The notes under the pieces are model-generated. The model did not search any database and had not been told where the DNA came from. It was given only the letters and a program-made list of their open reading frames with translations. A DNA stretch of 64,000 nt, from positions 27,094,001 to 27,158,000 of the forward strand of contig NC_082722.1 in the NCBI RefSeq assembly GCF_030144855.1, read 5' to 3'. The DNA comes from Hypanus sabinus (Eukaryota). Positions 63,361 through 64,000 of this stretch are shown piece after piece; the first letter of the stretch is position 1; every line of letters begins with the position of its first letter. Made by a program: the position numbers and the translations under genes.

Positions 63361-64000
63361 TCGGCTCATCGAGTCTACTCCGCCTTACAATCGTGGACTG
63401 ATGCAATTCTTCTAGTCACCCGCACTCCCCTGACTTCTCGCCATACCCTTTGATTCCCCGGCTCATCATTAACCTCTCTATCTCTGGCCTACGTACACCG
63501 GATCACAAAGAGTCCACAGCTGTTCGTGATAACAAAATGCACAGATATACCACCCTCTGACTGAACTAATTTCCCCACATCTCATTTCGAAATGGATGTC
63601 CTTCAATACTGAAGTCTTCCCCTCTTGTACTAGATTCCCCCAGCATGAGAAATAACATTCCAGTATCTGATCTGTCCAAGCCTTTTAACATTCGGAATGT
63701 TTCTGTGAAACGCCGCCCCCCGCTCCCCGTCATTCTCCTGAACTCCAGGGAATACAGCTCAAGACCTTTCAGACGTTCCTCATGCAGTAACCCTTTCATT
63801 CCTGGAATCATTCTTGTGAATCTTCCGTGCACTATCGCCAATGTCAATCTAGCCTTTCTAAAATATGGAGTCTAAAATTGCAATCCCTCCAGCAACTTCC
63901 TTCAGGACCTAAGGGTGCATTCTGTCAGGTCCAGAAGATTTATCCACTTTCTGCCCTTTAAACTTCCCGAGCACCTTCTTAGTCGTAACTTGCACTGCGT
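63355..64000 (-). mobile_element. CR1 3' end (start of a further copy of block B), runs off the window
   Basis: Colinear with 12240-12900 (gagtct..tccgccttacaatcgtgg; gtaaccctttcattcctggaatcatt). Confidence 0.8.

Overview
Eukaryotic, repeat-dense DNA. The CR1, Rex1/Babar, Penelope and V-SINE-like repeat mix and the Ig-gene type suggest a cartilaginous fish, probably a batoid (inference). The main content is an apparently intact 6-exon immunoglobulin-superfamily gene on the minus strand (CDS 30212->23423, 281 aa): leader, V domain with a germline-joined J-like GSGS-x-L-x-V motif, C1-set domain, TM carrying a Glu, and a short Tyr-free tail. This is a non-rearranging antigen-receptor-like VJ-C1 gene. 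A diverged, pseudogenized leader+V paralog with identical exon sizes lies on the plus strand at 56094-56658. Both sit in a mosaic of segmental duplications (2178-3960 ~ 54154-55888; 30211-36430 ~ 58278-63360; 11649-17050 ~ 38502-53470, plus an older third tract). Two duplicated 5' flanks have lost their genes, which is consistent with a birth-and-death immune receptor cluster. The rest is decayed transposons: nested CR1s, a near full-length Rex1/Babar, Penelope fragments, a Buster/Charlie-type hAT, two solo LTRs and a tRNA-Gln pseudogene. Exon boundaries were read base by base. Repeat boundaries and percent identities are by-eye estimates.
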